A stretch of DNA of 64,000 nt from an uncultured Actinomycetes bacterium. GTDB taxonomy: Bacteria > Actinomycetota > UBA4738 > HRBIN12. Under the pieces are notes generated by a model, which made no database searches, was not told the origin of the DNA, and saw only the letters and a list, made by a program, of their open reading frames with translations. Shown here one piece after another: positions 29,140 through 39,335 of this stretch. The position numbers were made by a program, and so were the translations under genes. Location of the stretch: NCBI GenBank assembly GCA_963704885.1, contig CAVPIB010000001.1, forward strand, positions 96,001-160,000. The letters run 5' to 3'. Numbering within the stretch: the stretch's first letter is position 1; every line of letters begins with the position of its first letter.

Positions 29140-30294
29140 CTACTTCTTCGCGACGTGAGAGATCCTCTTCAGGCAGACATCGCCCGAGAGGAGGGTGGCC
29201 TTCCTCGCGATCGCCCGGTACTTGCCCGGATCGACGAGACCTCCGGCCCTGAACGAACCGTTGACCCTGGTCAGGAGTACGGCTACTGCGTGCCACTGGT
29301 GATCCTCGAGATGCTGGAGGCGAACGGGGACCTCAGATGCACACCCCGCGAACCCGTCGACGACCCGGATCTTGCCCTTGCCCTTCTTCCCGGTGAGCGT
29401 GAGCGACACTTCGCGCGCATGTTTCACCGTGAAGTCGGCGGAGCTCACCGACGTACCGGCGGGCCCCACTACCGAGATCGGGCCGGTGCCTGCGCCATCG
29501 GGGACCGTCACGGTGATCTGTGCATCGGAAACGACCATGAACGTCGTCGCCGGGATCGCGCCGAATCTGACCGCCGTCGCTCCCGTGAACCCAGAGCCAC
29601 TGACGGCCACCAAGGAACCCACGACGCCTCTGGTCGGTGCGAACGCAGTGACGTCGGGCTCCGCGAGGACCGTGAAGTCGGTGGAGCTGATGCCGGTGCT
29701 CACGGGCGTGGTGACCGCGATCTTTCCGGTCGTCGCACCCGACGGGACCGTGACCGTGATCTGCGTGCCCGAGTCGACCGCGAACGACGTAGCCGACGTC
29801 GAGTTGAACGTGACCCCCGTCGCGTTGCAGAAGTTGGTGCCTGTGATCACCACATCCGTCACACCCATAGCTCCCAGCGTTGGGCTGAACGACGCTACGG
29901 TCGGGGCTCCGGCCAGAGCGACCGTGAAGTCTTTCGAACCGCCCGATGTCGCGTTGATGACCGTCACGTTGCCCGTCTGCGCCCCGCAGGGCACAGCGGT
30001 CGTGATCGTGGTGTTGCTCACGATCACGAACGGGGCGCTCACGTCGACCGCTGCGCTTCGGAACTCGACGATCGTCACGGGCGGGTTGTCGAAGTTGCTC
30101 CCGGTGATCGTCACCGGGGTTCCGGGCGCACCGTTGTCAGGGGACAGCGAGGCGATGAACGGAGTGAGGGCGATGGCTGGGGGCGCAGTGACCACGAGCG
30201 TTGCCACCACACCGAGTGCGGCGGTCAGCCTCGCCGCCTTGATCGTGCGCTTCGACCCTTGGCCCTTCGCATAGACGCGATCCAACATCGCCAC
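29140..30294 (-). CDS. Secreted protein with three IPT/TIG repeats
   Basis: Signal peptide; repeated P..G..VTITG.NF...F...SDTQIT.TVP.GA.TG.I.V. Confidence 0.85.
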   Translation of the reverse strand: MAMLDRVYAKGQGSKRTIKAARLTAALGVVATLVVTAPPAIALTPFIASLSPDNGAPGTPVTITGSNFDNPPVTIVEFRSAAVDVSAPFVIVSNTTITTAVPCGAQTGNVTVINATSGGSKDFTVALAGAPTVASFSPTLGAMGVTDVVITGTNFCNATGVTFNSTSATSFAVDSGTQITVTVPSGATTGKIAVTTPVSTGISSTDFTVLAEPDVTAFAPTRGVVGSLVAVSGSGFTGATAVRFGAIPATTFMVVSDAQITVTVPDGAGTGPISVVGPAGTSVSSADFTVKHAREVSLTLTGKKGKGKIRVVDGFAGCASEVPVRLQHLEDHQWHAVAVLLTRVNGSFRAGGLVDPGKYRAIARKATLLSGDVCLKRISHVAKK

Positions 30295-30416
30295 CCTCCC
30301 TCGATCCGTGACCGTGAGTGAATCCGCCGCCCGGTGCGTGCGGGCACAGGGAGGGCGAGCGACACTAGTCAGCGGGCCGCCGGCAAGTCGATCCGCCGCG
30401 AGGCAGTAACCGAAGC

Positions 30417-31787
30417 TCAGGGCACGATGTTCTGATTCAGGTGGAACAGGTTGCCCGGATCGTAGGTCCGCTTGACCTCGACCAGCCGCTCGTAGTTCGG
30501 GCCGTAATTGGCCTTGATCCGCTCCTGGTCATCGCCTGCCATGAAGTTGATGTAGCCGCCTTCCTCGGAGTGAGGCGCCGTGGCGTCGTAGTAGTCGCGC
30601 ACCCACTTGGTGTTCGCGTCGTTCTGCGCGGGATCCGGCCACATCCCCGCGATCACCGTTGCGAAGTTCGCGTTCCTGTAGGAGAAGGCCGTCGCGTCGG
30701 CCGCCACATCGTGGCACGCGCCGTTGATCGGGTAGATGTGCACGGTGGAGTTCACGACCGGCACCGCGGGTCCGTGCTGCACATGCGCGTCGATGATGTC
30801 GTCGCTGAGCTCGGTGACGAAGCTCGCCTTCCAGTAGTGCTGCAGACCGGGCGGCACCAGCGCATCGAACGCGCTATTGAGAGCCGGGTACGGCATGACG
30901 CCGACGTGCTCGGCAACTACAGGCGCGACGTCGTGCAGCGACTTCAGCATGCCCTCGCCCTTATCGACAGGACCCGCCCAGCACGCCACGAAAGCGATCA
31001 ATGTGTCACCGTGTCGCTCCTCAGGGATGAAGGGCAGAGGCGGCGCGATCTGGAACGCGGGGAACCCGCCGAACTCCCGAGGCGCGTCGGCGATGAACTC
31101 CCGGTACCAGCGGAGCAGGTCGCCGACCGCCGACAGTTCGAAGAACATAGGCCCGCCGTAGATATCGCTGACCGGGTGCAGCTTGTACTCGAGCGCCGTG
31201 ACCACGCCGAAGTTCCCGCCGCCGCCGCGGATCGCCCAGAAGAGGTCCTGGTTCTCGCGGTCGCTCGCGATCAGGAATCGGCCGTCCGCGGTGACCACGT
31301 CGACCGAGATCAGGTTGTCGAGCGACAGGCCGTGGCCGCGCGAGAGATAGCCGATGCCGCCGCCGAGCGTGAGTCCGGCGACACCGGTGGTCGAGATGAT
31401 CCCACCCGTGGTCGCCAGGCCGAACGCACCGGTGGCGGCGTTGAAGTCGCCCCAGGTGGCTCCGCCCTCGGCGCGCGCCGTCCGCGCCCCGGGGTCGACA
31501 CGGACGCCGCGCATGCCGGACAAGTCGATCACCACGCCGTCGTCGCAGGTGCCGAACCCGGGCACGCTGTGCCCACCGCCACGGACGGCCAGGTCGACAC
31601 CGGCCTCGCGCGCGAAGTTCACGGCCGACATGACGTCGCCCGCGTTGGCGGCCCGAACAACGACGGCCGGCCGGCGGTCGATCATCGCGTTGTGGACCGC
31701 GCGTGCCTGGTCGTAGCCGTCGTCCTGCGGGCCGATGATCGGCCCTCGGACCTTTTCCCGTAGCTCATCGATCGTGTTTGCGCTCAT
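30417..31787 (-). CDS. FAD-binding oxidoreductase (berberine bridge enzyme-like)
   Basis: RGGGHS, GGGGNFGVVT, YINF, YDPGNLF. Confidence 0.93.
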   Translation of the reverse strand: MSANTIDELREKVRGPIIGPQDDGYDQARAVHNAMIDRRPAVVVRAANAGDVMSAVNFAREAGVDLAVRGGGHSVPGFGTCDDGVVIDLSGMRGVRVDPGARTARAEGGATWGDFNAATGAFGLATTGGIISTTGVAGLTLGGGIGYLSRGHGLSLDNLISVDVVTADGRFLIASDRENQDLFWAIRGGGGNFGVVTALEYKLHPVSDIYGGPMFFELSAVGDLLRWYREFIADAPREFGGFPAFQIAPPLPFIPEERHGDTLIAFVACWAGPVDKGEGMLKSLHDVAPVVAEHVGVMPYPALNSAFDALVPPGLQHYWKASFVTELSDDIIDAHVQHGPAVPVVNSTVHIYPINGACHDVAADATAFSYRNANFATVIAGMWPDPAQNDANTKWVRDYYDATAPHSEEGGYINFMAGDDQERIKANYGPNYERLVEVKRTYDPGNLFHLNQNIVP

Positions 31788-31898
31788 GTCCCCCCCTTCG
31801 TCGGAGCTTCAGCCTGAACGCATGCCCGGTGGGGCGCAACCTCGTCAGGCGCCGCGGTCTATGCTCGCCGAACGAAGTCAACCGAAGAGGAGGTCAAG

Positions 31899-32180
31899 AT
31901 GTACGGAACGGTAGCCAGGACACGCGTCAAGCCCGAGAACCGCCAGAAGCTCGGCGAAGCCATGGCTCGACAGGACGAAGCAGCAGTGCCGGGATACGTG
32001 GCCGCGTACATGCTCTTCGAGGACGACAGCGATACGGCGTGGCTGTTCGCTGTGTTCAAGGACAAGGAGTCCTACGACCGAAACGCCGACGACCCGGCAC
32101 AGCACGAGCGATACGTGGCGTACCGCGCCCTCATGGAAGACGATCCGGAGTGGCACGACGGAGAGATCAGGACCGACTGA
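31899..32180 (+). CDS. Small ABM-like (dimeric alpha-beta barrel) protein
   Basis: MYGTVARTRVKP...PEWHDGEI; RBS GGAGGT. Confidence 0.7.
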   Translation: MYGTVARTRVKPENRQKLGEAMARQDEAAVPGYVAAYMLFEDDSDTAWLFAVFKDKESYDRNADDPAQHERYVAYRALMEDDPEWHDGEIRTD

Positions 32181-32188
32181 GTCGCGGC

Positions 32189-33394
32189 CTGCGCATACGA
32201 ACCGCACGCGCGGCGGTCTGGCTCACAGCTTTCCTCAGTCTGGCCGCGGCGTGTTCGCGCCCTGGTCCATCCGCGTCGACGCCCACGTCGCCTACCGCGA
32301 CCTCCAGCTCGGCGCCTACCTCCACAGCACCGCCGCCGCCCACTTGGCGAGCGATGCCGAAAGCGCCGATCGTCGGCCGGATAGCGGCCAACGTCGTGTG
32401 GACCGGCGATGAAGTGATCGTGTGGGGTGGCGTCTCCCGAGGGCGGAGCATCGAAGCGGTCGGAGACGGCGCCATCTATGACCCGGCCGATGACTCCTGG
32501 CGAGAGATGATGCCCGCACCATCCGGCGTGCTGGGCGGTGGTGGATACGCGGCGGCCTGGACCGGTGAAGTCGCGCTGTTCTGGGCCGGCAACTCGCCGG
32601 ACGGGCCGGCCGGGGGCGCCGTGTACGACCCCGCGACCGACAGCTGGGAGCGCCTGCCGAACGGACCGAGACCGCTTGGGCCCCGCGAGGGCTACGTCTC
32701 CGTCTGGACCGGCAGGGAACTCCTCATCATCGCCGGAACCCTCGGCGATGGGTTCGTCTACCCGGTGGCCGCGGCCGTGGATCCGACCCAAGGCTCATGG
32801 CGGCTCCTCAACGCGCTCGACGACTTCCCCGGACTCATCGCGTCTGGCGCGGTGTGGGACGGGCAGCGCGTGTTCGTGGCGGGATCGCTGTACCTGTGCC
32901 CGGAGCAGGGATCGGGATGCACGGATCAGCGGGCGATCCTTCTGGCCTACGACCCTGCTTCCGACCAGGTCGATGAGATCGACCTGACGGACGCGACCCT
33001 CCGCTCGTCGTTCGTGCCCGTGGGCTGGGACGGGAACGAGGTCGTGCTAGCGACGAGCGAGGGCGCCAGTCTCGGGGTCAGGTTCTTCAACCCAGCGACC
33101 GATGGGTGGCGATCGGGAGCCGAAGCGCCCTGCGGGTTCGATCCGGCCGGCTACGGACAAACCGCCTGGCTCGGCGATCGCTATGTGACCCCTTGCGGCA
33201 AGGACCGACTGCAGATCTACGACGCCGGCTCGGACTCGTGGGAGGTCGTCGTGGCCGGCACCTCACCCTTCAACTCGTGGGAGGGGAGCGCCATCGTTTG
33301 GACCGGCACCGACCTGGTGGTGTGGAGCGGGACCGTCGCCCGCACCGGGAACCCCACCCCGAACAACGGCAGCGTGATCACGCTCGGCCCCTGA
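32189..33394 (+). CDS. Kelch-repeat lipoprotein (start uncertain)
   Basis: Lipobox LAAAC, S/T/P linker, repeated VWTG..WGG..YDPATDSW. Confidence 0.8.
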   Translation: MRIRTARAAVWLTAFLSLAAACSRPGPSASTPTSPTATSSSAPTSTAPPPPTWRAMPKAPIVGRIAANVVWTGDEVIVWGGVSRGRSIEAVGDGAIYDPADDSWREMMPAPSGVLGGGGYAAAWTGEVALFWAGNSPDGPAGGAVYDPATDSWERLPNGPRPLGPREGYVSVWTGRELLIIAGTLGDGFVYPVAAAVDPTQGSWRLLNALDDFPGLIASGAVWDGQRVFVAGSLYLCPEQGSGCTDQRAILLAYDPASDQVDEIDLTDATLRSSFVPVGWDGNEVVLATSEGASLGVRFFNPATDGWRSGAEAPCGFDPAGYGQTAWLGDRYVTPCGKDRLQIYDAGSDSWEVVVAGTSPFNSWEGSAIVWTGTDLVVWSGTVARTGNPTPNNGSVITLGP

Positions 33395-33448
33395 TCGAGC
33401 GACGCTACGCGACCGGACAGTCCCAGGCCGGACGACCGCTTTGCGAGC

Positions 33449-33805
33449 TCACTCGCACTTCGCGCGAGCTTTGACGACCGTCCGAAGGAGCAGCAGCGCC
33501 GCGATCGCGACGAGCTGTCCGCCCAAGATCGCGCGGTTCACGTCGATCGCCGGACGCCACACGACATCGTCGTCCTTCATGAGGAAGACTCCGAACGGCC
33601 TCGCACTCAACCCGAATCCGGTGCCCGTGCCGCCCTCGCCTCCTGGACCCTCTCCTCCTCCGCCGCCTCCGGCTCCTTGCACGCGAGCCGCCGGTATCAC
33701 CGTCATACCGTTCTTCTCGTACGGCTCACCGAACACGCGCCGAACGGTCATCGACTCCTCGAACCGCCCGATGGTGTCAACAAGATCCATCTCCTTGGTG
33801 TCCAT
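33449..33805 (-). CDS. YtfJ/GerW-like protein
   Basis: RVFGEP..TVIPAARV.G.GGGGG..GFG...PAIDV. Confidence 0.75.
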   Translation of the reverse strand: MDTKEMDLVDTIGRFEESMTVRRVFGEPYEKNGMTVIPAARVQGAGGGGGGEGPGGEGGTGTGFGLSARPFGVFLMKDDDVVWRPAIDVNRAILGGQLVAIAALLLLRTVVKARAKCE

Positions 33806-33909
33806 CTCTTCCCCTCCTTCCGCAGACATACAAGCGGCAGGAACTCGGCGCGCGTAGGGCACCCTGGCCTGGATCCTTCGGGACGCCTCATCGTGGGTAC
33901 GACAGCTCG

Positions 33910-34329
33910 TCAGATCGCTCGCATCCGGTTGTTGCGGGCGTTGTGCTCCAGCTCGGCCAGGCCCAGCGCCTCCAACAACGGCGGGAGGTACATACCGAAG
34001 CGACCCCTGAGGCCCTTCTTCACGCCGTACCAGCCCCCGACAGGGTTGTCTGCCGAGCGTCCCCATGCCTCGACGGTTCCTTCGGCTGCCGCTTTCTGCT
34101 CGTCCGCACTGCCGAGAGGCATCCAGTTGCCATGCTCCTTGAGCATGGCGCTCAGATCCTCGATGCACCGCAGCTGATAGCCGAGCGTCGTCTTGCCCAC
34201 CTGGCACACGAGCGTGGGTGGATCCGCAGCCTCGTCCTTCCACATCTCGAACTCCGAGCTCCCCGGCGGCGTCTTCAGCACCCACGGGTCTTCGCGCGTC
34301 CCCGATCCCTTGACAGCAGCCATCGTCAC
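33910..34329 (-). CDS. Conserved hypothetical protein (DUF6855-like)
   Basis: PWVLKTPPG, NPVGGWYG, GRFGMY, NNRMRA. Confidence 0.7.
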   Translation of the reverse strand: MTMAAVKGSGTREDPWVLKTPPGSSEFEMWKDEAADPPTLVCQVGKTTLGYQLRCIEDLSAMLKEHGNWMPLGSADEQKAAAEGTVEAWGRSADNPVGGWYGVKKGLRGRFGMYLPPLLEALGLAELEHNARNNRMRAI

Positions 34330-34381
34330 TCCTTCCGTCCCCCTGAACCGTTACGGATGATAGGAGAGCTGACGCGGCAGT

Positions 34382-35260
34382 ATGTGTGGCGTGCGTGACA
34401 CCGTTCGCCTAGACGCCCAGCCACCGTTCGCCGCCGCCCCTCTCATGAGGTTCCTATCCGACCGTGCGACCCCCGGCGTCGAGGGGTTCGACGGCGTCAC
34501 CTTCCGGCGTTCGATCCGAACCCACGGCGATCGCGCGGTCGTGGTCGGACTGACGCCAAACCCCACGCGTTCCCACGTGATGCTGGAGGCGGAGATCGAC
34601 GACCCGACCGAGCTGGCCGATGCGGTTCGGGCGTCGCGCCGCCTGCTCGACCTTGACGCGGATCCCGTCTCGATCGACGCCGTCCTGTCGACCGACCCGA
34701 CGCTGGAACCGTTGGTACGCGCCGCGCCGGGTTTGCGGCTGCCCGGGGCGATCGACGGGTTCGAGCTTGCGGTGCGCGCGATCTTGGGACAGCAGATCTC
34801 CGTCCGCGCCGCCCGTACCCTGGCCGGGCGCATCGTGATCCGAGCCGGGACCGAGTTGGATCGCGATCGGGCGATCGAAGGCGTGACGCATCTGTTCCCG
34901 ACGCCGGAGCAGGTAGGCGCCGCCTCACTCGAGGGGCTGGGTATCACCCGAAGGCGCGTGGAGACCATCCGCCGTCTGGCCGAGCTGGTGACGGTCGGCG
35001 ACCTGGTGCTCGCAGAGCGGTCCGACCGCGAGGCGGGCCGCGAGGCGTTGCTCGCGGTGCCGGGCATCGGCCCCTGGACCGTCGCCTACATCTCGATGCG
35101 TGCGCTTCGCGATCCCGATGCTTTCCCTGCGAGCGACCTCGGGGTTCGTGAAGGCTTCCAAAGGCTGGGGCTACCCACCACGGCGTCGGCCATCGCTGAG
35201 TACGCCGAGCGATGGCGGCCCTTCCGGGCCTACGCCGTGATGCACCTTTGGAACAGCTAA
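34382..35260 (+). CDS. alkA: DNA-3-methyladenine glycosylase II
   Basis: ILGQQIS, PGIGPWT, D.FP..DLG, WRPFRAYA. Confidence 0.88.
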   Translation: MCGVRDTVRLDAQPPFAAAPLMRFLSDRATPGVEGFDGVTFRRSIRTHGDRAVVVGLTPNPTRSHVMLEAEIDDPTELADAVRASRRLLDLDADPVSIDAVLSTDPTLEPLVRAAPGLRLPGAIDGFELAVRAILGQQISVRAARTLAGRIVIRAGTELDRDRAIEGVTHLFPTPEQVGAASLEGLGITRRRVETIRRLAELVTVGDLVLAERSDREAGREALLAVPGIGPWTVAYISMRALRDPDAFPASDLGVREGFQRLGLPTTASAIAEYAERWRPFRAYAVMHLWNS

Positions 35261-35339
35261 GCACTTGGCGGAAAGCCCGCCGAGGGCCCCCCCGCGCGCT
35301 CGCCGTTACCATGGCTTCCGGTCCACGAAGGAGGCTCGC

Positions 35340-35906
35340 GTGTCCGCCACGTCCACCATGCTCGCTTTGGGTACGGAGGCACCCGACTTCGCCCTCCCCG
35401 ACGTCACGACCGGTGAGATCGTCCGTCGCACCGACTTCGCGGGGGCGGATGCCTTGCTCGTCATGTTCATCTGCCGTCACTGTCCGTACGTCGCCCACGT
35501 TCGGCCGGCGCTCGCGCAACTCGGCCGCGATCACCTGGACTCAGACCTCGCGATCGTCGCGATCAGCGCGAACGACCCACAGACGTATCCAGAAGACGCA
35601 CCCGGGAGCCTGGCGGAGGAGGCTCGAGAGGCCGGCTATGCCTTTCCCTACCTCTTCGACGAGACCCAAGAAGTGGCGAAGGCATACACCGCCGCGTGCA
35701 CGCCCGACTTCTTCCTGTTCGATGCCGACATGCGCCTCGCCTACCGAGGACAGATGGACTCGAGCCGGCCGGGGAACGGCGTGCCCGTCACAGCTGAGGA
35801 CCTGCGAGCCGCCATCGAAGCTGTGCTCGCCGGCGTGCCCGTCGATCCCGATCAACGGCCTAGCGTCGGCTGCAGCATCAAGTGGCGCCTCGGCAACGAG
35901 CCGTGA
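35340..35906 (+). CDS. Thioredoxin-family (AhpC/TSA-like) protein
   Basis: FICRHCPYV, ACTPDFF, GCSIKW. Confidence 0.88.
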   Translation: MSATSTMLALGTEAPDFALPDVTTGEIVRRTDFAGADALLVMFICRHCPYVAHVRPALAQLGRDHLDSDLAIVAISANDPQTYPEDAPGSLAEEAREAGYAFPYLFDETQEVAKAYTAACTPDFFLFDADMRLAYRGQMDSSRPGNGVPVTAEDLRAAIEAVLAGVPVDPDQRPSVGCSIKWRLGNEP

Positions 35907-36862
35907 TGAGGATGGACGAGCGCATCCTTGGTTCGGGCGGTCCATCCGTGGGAGCGGTCGGCCTGGGATGCATGCCCATGAACTGGGCGTACAGCGGTGA
36001 GACCTCTGAGGACGAGGCGTTCCGCGCCATCCACCGGGCGATCGACCTGGGCGTAACCCTGCTTGACACCGCCGACGTCTACGGCCCGTTCACCAACGAA
36101 GACCTGGTGGGACGCGCGCTGGAAGGACGCCGCGACCAAGTGGTACTGGCGACCAAGGTCGGTCTGACGGTCGGGCCCAACGGCGGCTATCCGCTGTCCA
36201 ACGCAGGCCGCCCGGAGCACATCCGTTCCGCGATCGACGGGTCGCTCCAGCGTTTGCGAACCGAGGTGGTCGATCTGTACCAGCTGCATCGGATCGATCC
36301 GGCCGTTCCGCTCGAGGAGTCCTGGGGAGCCATGGCCGAGCTGGTCCAGGCCGGCAAGGTGCGAGCGCTCGGGCTATCCGAGGCCAACGTCGACGAGATC
36401 CGGCGGGCTCAGGCGATCCACCCGGTGGCGAGCGTGCAATCGGAGCTGTCGCTTTGGACACGCGATCACCTGGCCGAGGTCATCCCCTGGTGCGCCGCGA
36501 ACGGCGTAGCCTTCATCCCTTTCTCGCCACTGGGTCGAGGGTTCCTCACCGGCGCGATCACCGCTGCGTCGTTCGACGATGTCGATTTCCGCGCCAAGAA
36601 CCCGCGGTTCAGCCAGGCGTCGATAGACGCGAACCTAGCGATCGTTGAGCAGATCCGCGCGGTTGCCGACCGACACCGCGCTACGCCGGCGCAGATCGCG
36701 ATCGCCTGGACCCTGGCGCAGGGCCCCCACGTGATCCCGATCCCTGGGACCCGGCGGATGCGCTATGTGGAGGAGAACGCAGCGGCGGCGGCCATCCGGC
36801 TCACGGACCAGGATCTGACGGAGCTGGACTCGCTCCCGGAGGCCGCCGGCAGCCGGTACTGA
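35906..36862 (+). CDS. Aldo/keto reductase
   Basis: GLGCM, DTADVYG, ATK, LYQLHR, IPGT. Confidence 0.92.
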   Translation: MRMDERILGSGGPSVGAVGLGCMPMNWAYSGETSEDEAFRAIHRAIDLGVTLLDTADVYGPFTNEDLVGRALEGRRDQVVLATKVGLTVGPNGGYPLSNAGRPEHIRSAIDGSLQRLRTEVVDLYQLHRIDPAVPLEESWGAMAELVQAGKVRALGLSEANVDEIRRAQAIHPVASVQSELSLWTRDHLAEVIPWCAANGVAFIPFSPLGRGFLTGAITAASFDDVDFRAKNPRFSQASIDANLAIVEQIRAVADRHRATPAQIAIAWTLAQGPHVIPIPGTRRMRYVEENAAAAAIRLTDQDLTELDSLPEAAGSRY

Positions 36863-36868
36863 GCACGA

Positions 36869-37972
36869 TCAGGTCGCCGACCTGATCGGGGTCGGCGTCA
36901 CGGCCTCTTCGGCATCCGGGCTCGCGACCACGTAGCGCGGGAACCGTATGACGAACGAGGTCCCGATCCCGGGTCGGCTCCGAACCTTCACGGAACCCCC
37001 GTGTGCCTCGACGATCGCTTCCACGATCGCCAGACCGAGTCCCGTTCCCCCGCTCCTGCGGCCTCGGTCGGGCTCTCTGCGCGAGAACCTCTCGAACACA
37101 TGGGGGAGATCCTCGGCCTCGATGCCTCGGCCTTCGTCGGCCACCTCGAGGGCGAGCGCGGAGCCCTCCACCCTCGCGCCGAGCGTGATCCGGTCCCCGA
37201 CCTCCGTGGCGTTCACGGCGTTCTCGATCAACGCGTCGAGAGCCGCCTCCATCCGATCGCGATCGGCCGTGACCGATCCCGGAGCATCCAGGACCGTGAC
37301 CCACTCGCGCGCCACCGCGGGTCCCCACCGCCGGACGGTGTCGGTCACGAGAGGCTCGACCGGGACGTCTTTGAACAACAGGAACCCCGGATGATCGGCG
37401 CCGGCCAGGGTGAGCAACCGATCTGAGAGCTTCGAGAGCCGGCCGAGTTCATCGAGGATCACGTCGACGTCGCGGGCCGTCTGCCCCCTGCCGTCGACGG
37501 CGGCCTTGATCAGCTCAGCATGCCCGCGCGCCACCGTGATCGGCGTCCGCAGCTCGTGAGACGCATCGCGCACGAACTCCCGCTGCCGGTCGAGCACGCG
37601 ATGCTCGGTCTCAGCGGCCCGTTCCGCTTCCTCGACCGCCCGCTGACGCCGCTCCGCGTGCCAGGCCATGACCAGGAACATCGCGGCCATGAGCGGTACC
37701 TCGGTGACCTCCTCCAGGCCCTTGTCTCCTTGCACCACCACCCAAACGAGCGCCGCGCCCGTGGTTGCGATCACGGCGCCCAACACGAGCGCGGTCGTCG
37801 TTCGACGCCACACCCGGAACCCGTACAGCAGCGTCAGGCTCACCCATATGAAGTGGAACGGCACCGTCTCCCAACCGGTGATCGCGAAGATGGCGACTAC
37901 GTTCAGAGCGCCGAAGACGCCCCAGGCGATCTCCAGCCAGTACCTACGCAGCGTTGAACCGATACCCGACAT
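36869..37972 (-). CDS. Intramembrane-sensing histidine kinase
   Basis: N-terminal TM bundle, SHELRTP, DEGRG, GTGLGL. Confidence 0.9.
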   Translation of the reverse strand: MSGIGSTLRRYWLEIAWGVFGALNVVAIFAITGWETVPFHFIWVSLTLLYGFRVWRRTTTALVLGAVIATTGAALVWVVVQGDKGLEEVTEVPLMAAMFLVMAWHAERRQRAVEEAERAAETEHRVLDRQREFVRDASHELRTPITVARGHAELIKAAVDGRGQTARDVDVILDELGRLSKLSDRLLTLAGADHPGFLLFKDVPVEPLVTDTVRRWGPAVAREWVTVLDAPGSVTADRDRMEAALDALIENAVNATEVGDRITLGARVEGSALALEVADEGRGIEAEDLPHVFERFSRREPDRGRRSGGTGLGLAIVEAIVEAHGGSVKVRSRPGIGTSFVIRFPRYVVASPDAEEAVTPTPIRSAT

Positions 37973-38609
37973 TGCGCACCGTCTCGATCAGCTCGGCACC
38001 GAGCTTGCTCCGCAAGCGCCCGATGCACACGTCCACAACGTTGCTACCCGGATCGAAGTCGAATCCCCAAACGTCAGCCAGGAGCCGGGCCCGCGAACAG
38101 ACGTCACCCTCGCGGCGCATCAGGTGCTCCAACAAGGCGCACTCACGCTCCGTCAGGGCGATCGGCCCTGAACCCGCATCTGCGACCCGCCTCAGGCGGT
38201 CGAGGACCACGTCGCCCACCCTCAGAAAGCGCTCCTCCGGCCCCGACGCCGCCTGACGCAGTCGCGCCCGGACCCGGGCCACCAGCTCGGCCAACGCGAA
38301 CGGCTTGGAGAGGTAGTCAGAGGCGCCCAGCTCCAGGCATTGGACCTTCTCCTTCACGTCGGAAAGAGCGGAGAGGACCAGCACGCGTTGCTGCGGTCGC
38401 TCCTCGATCAGCCGCTTGAGGACGGTGACCCCGTCCATCCCTGGCAGGAGCAGGTCTAGGACGACAAGCTCGTAGCGGCCGGTCCTGGCGAGGTCGAATC
38501 CACGGACTCCGTCGGGCGCGCCGTCCACCAGGAACCCGTCGGCCGTGAGCGCCCGGGCGATGAAGCTCACGATCCGCGGCTCGTCGTCCACCACGAGGAC
38601 CCTGGTCAT
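37944..38609 (-). CDS. OmpR-family response regulator
   Basis: VVDDE, LDLLLP, KPF, ETVRNVGY. Confidence 0.92.
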   Translation of the reverse strand: MTRVLVVDDEPRIVSFIARALTADGFLVDGAPDGVRGFDLARTGRYELVVLDLLLPGMDGVTVLKRLIEERPQQRVLVLSALSDVKEKVQCLELGASDYLSKPFALAELVARVRARLRQAASGPEERFLRVGDVVLDRLRRVADAGSGPIALTERECALLEHLMRREGDVCSRARLLADVWGFDFDPGSNVVDVCIGRLRSKLGAELIETVRNVGYRFNAA

Positions 38610-38651
38610 GAGGCGAATCCTAGGTCCGGAGGGGCGTTGAGACCAGGGGTC

Positions 38652-38791
38652 ATGACGGAACCGTCATCCGTGTACGTATTCCCGATGACGGCTGGATGAC
38701 GGTTTCGTGATACGGCCGTCATGCGGGCCCTTCACGCATGGAGCGCTCACTAGGTTCACGAAGGCAGATCTCAAGAGGTCCAGATCTCAAG
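38652..38791. promoter_or_regulatory. Candidate response-regulator boxes
   Basis: Five ATGACGG/CCGTCAT sites, including an 11-bp-period tandem at 38684 and 38695; CAGATCTCAAG twice. Confidence 0.55.
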
Positions 38792-38803
38792 TAAGGGGGA
38801 TCC

Positions 38804-39250
38804 ATGATCAAGCGTCTGTTCTTGGCGGTCGCGATCGTCGCGCTCGTCGTTCCGGCTTGCAGTAGTGACGACGATGGCGGCGGCGCGGGTGGCACGGTAG
38901 GCGTGACGCTACAGGAGTTCTCGATCGCAACTGACACGGGAACACTGGGTGCCGGCGACGTGGTCTTCGAGGCCACGAACGATGGCCCCGATGACGTGCA
39001 CGAGTTCGTGGTCTTCCGAACCGACCTCGGCGCGGCAGACCTTCCAACCGATGAGACCGGCGCCGTCGTCGAGACGGGCGACGGTGTGGAGCTCATCGGG
39101 GAGATCGAGGACATCGCGGTCGGGGACAGCCAGAGCGTGACCCTGGCGTTGGAAGCTGGCAACTACGTCTTCATCTGCAATATCTGGGACGAGAGCGAGC
39201 AGGAATCCCACTACCAAGAGGGGATGCGCTCGACCTTCACGGTTACCTGA
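38804..39250 (+). CDS. Cupredoxin lipoprotein
   Basis: Lipobox VPAC; HEFVV...ICNI...HYQEGM type-1 Cu ligand pattern. Confidence 0.8.
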   Translation: MIKRLFLAVAIVALVVPACSSDDDGGGAGGTVGVTLQEFSIATDTGTLGAGDVVFEATNDGPDDVHEFVVFRTDLGAADLPTDETGAVVETGDGVELIGEIEDIAVGDSQSVTLALEAGNYVFICNIWDESEQESHYQEGMRSTFTVT

Positions 39251-39335
39251 TCAGAGGGCAGGCCGTCATTCCCGCCATGCACCAACGCGCCTGACGTCCG
39301 TCCAGGTCGGCGTCGGCTCCGCATACTGGGGACCC

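Noticed and set aside
28888-31763. Long plus-strand ORFs (477, 300 and 440 aa)
   Set aside because: Antisense shadows of the IPT/TIG and FAD-oxidoreductase genes, expected in high-GC DNA.
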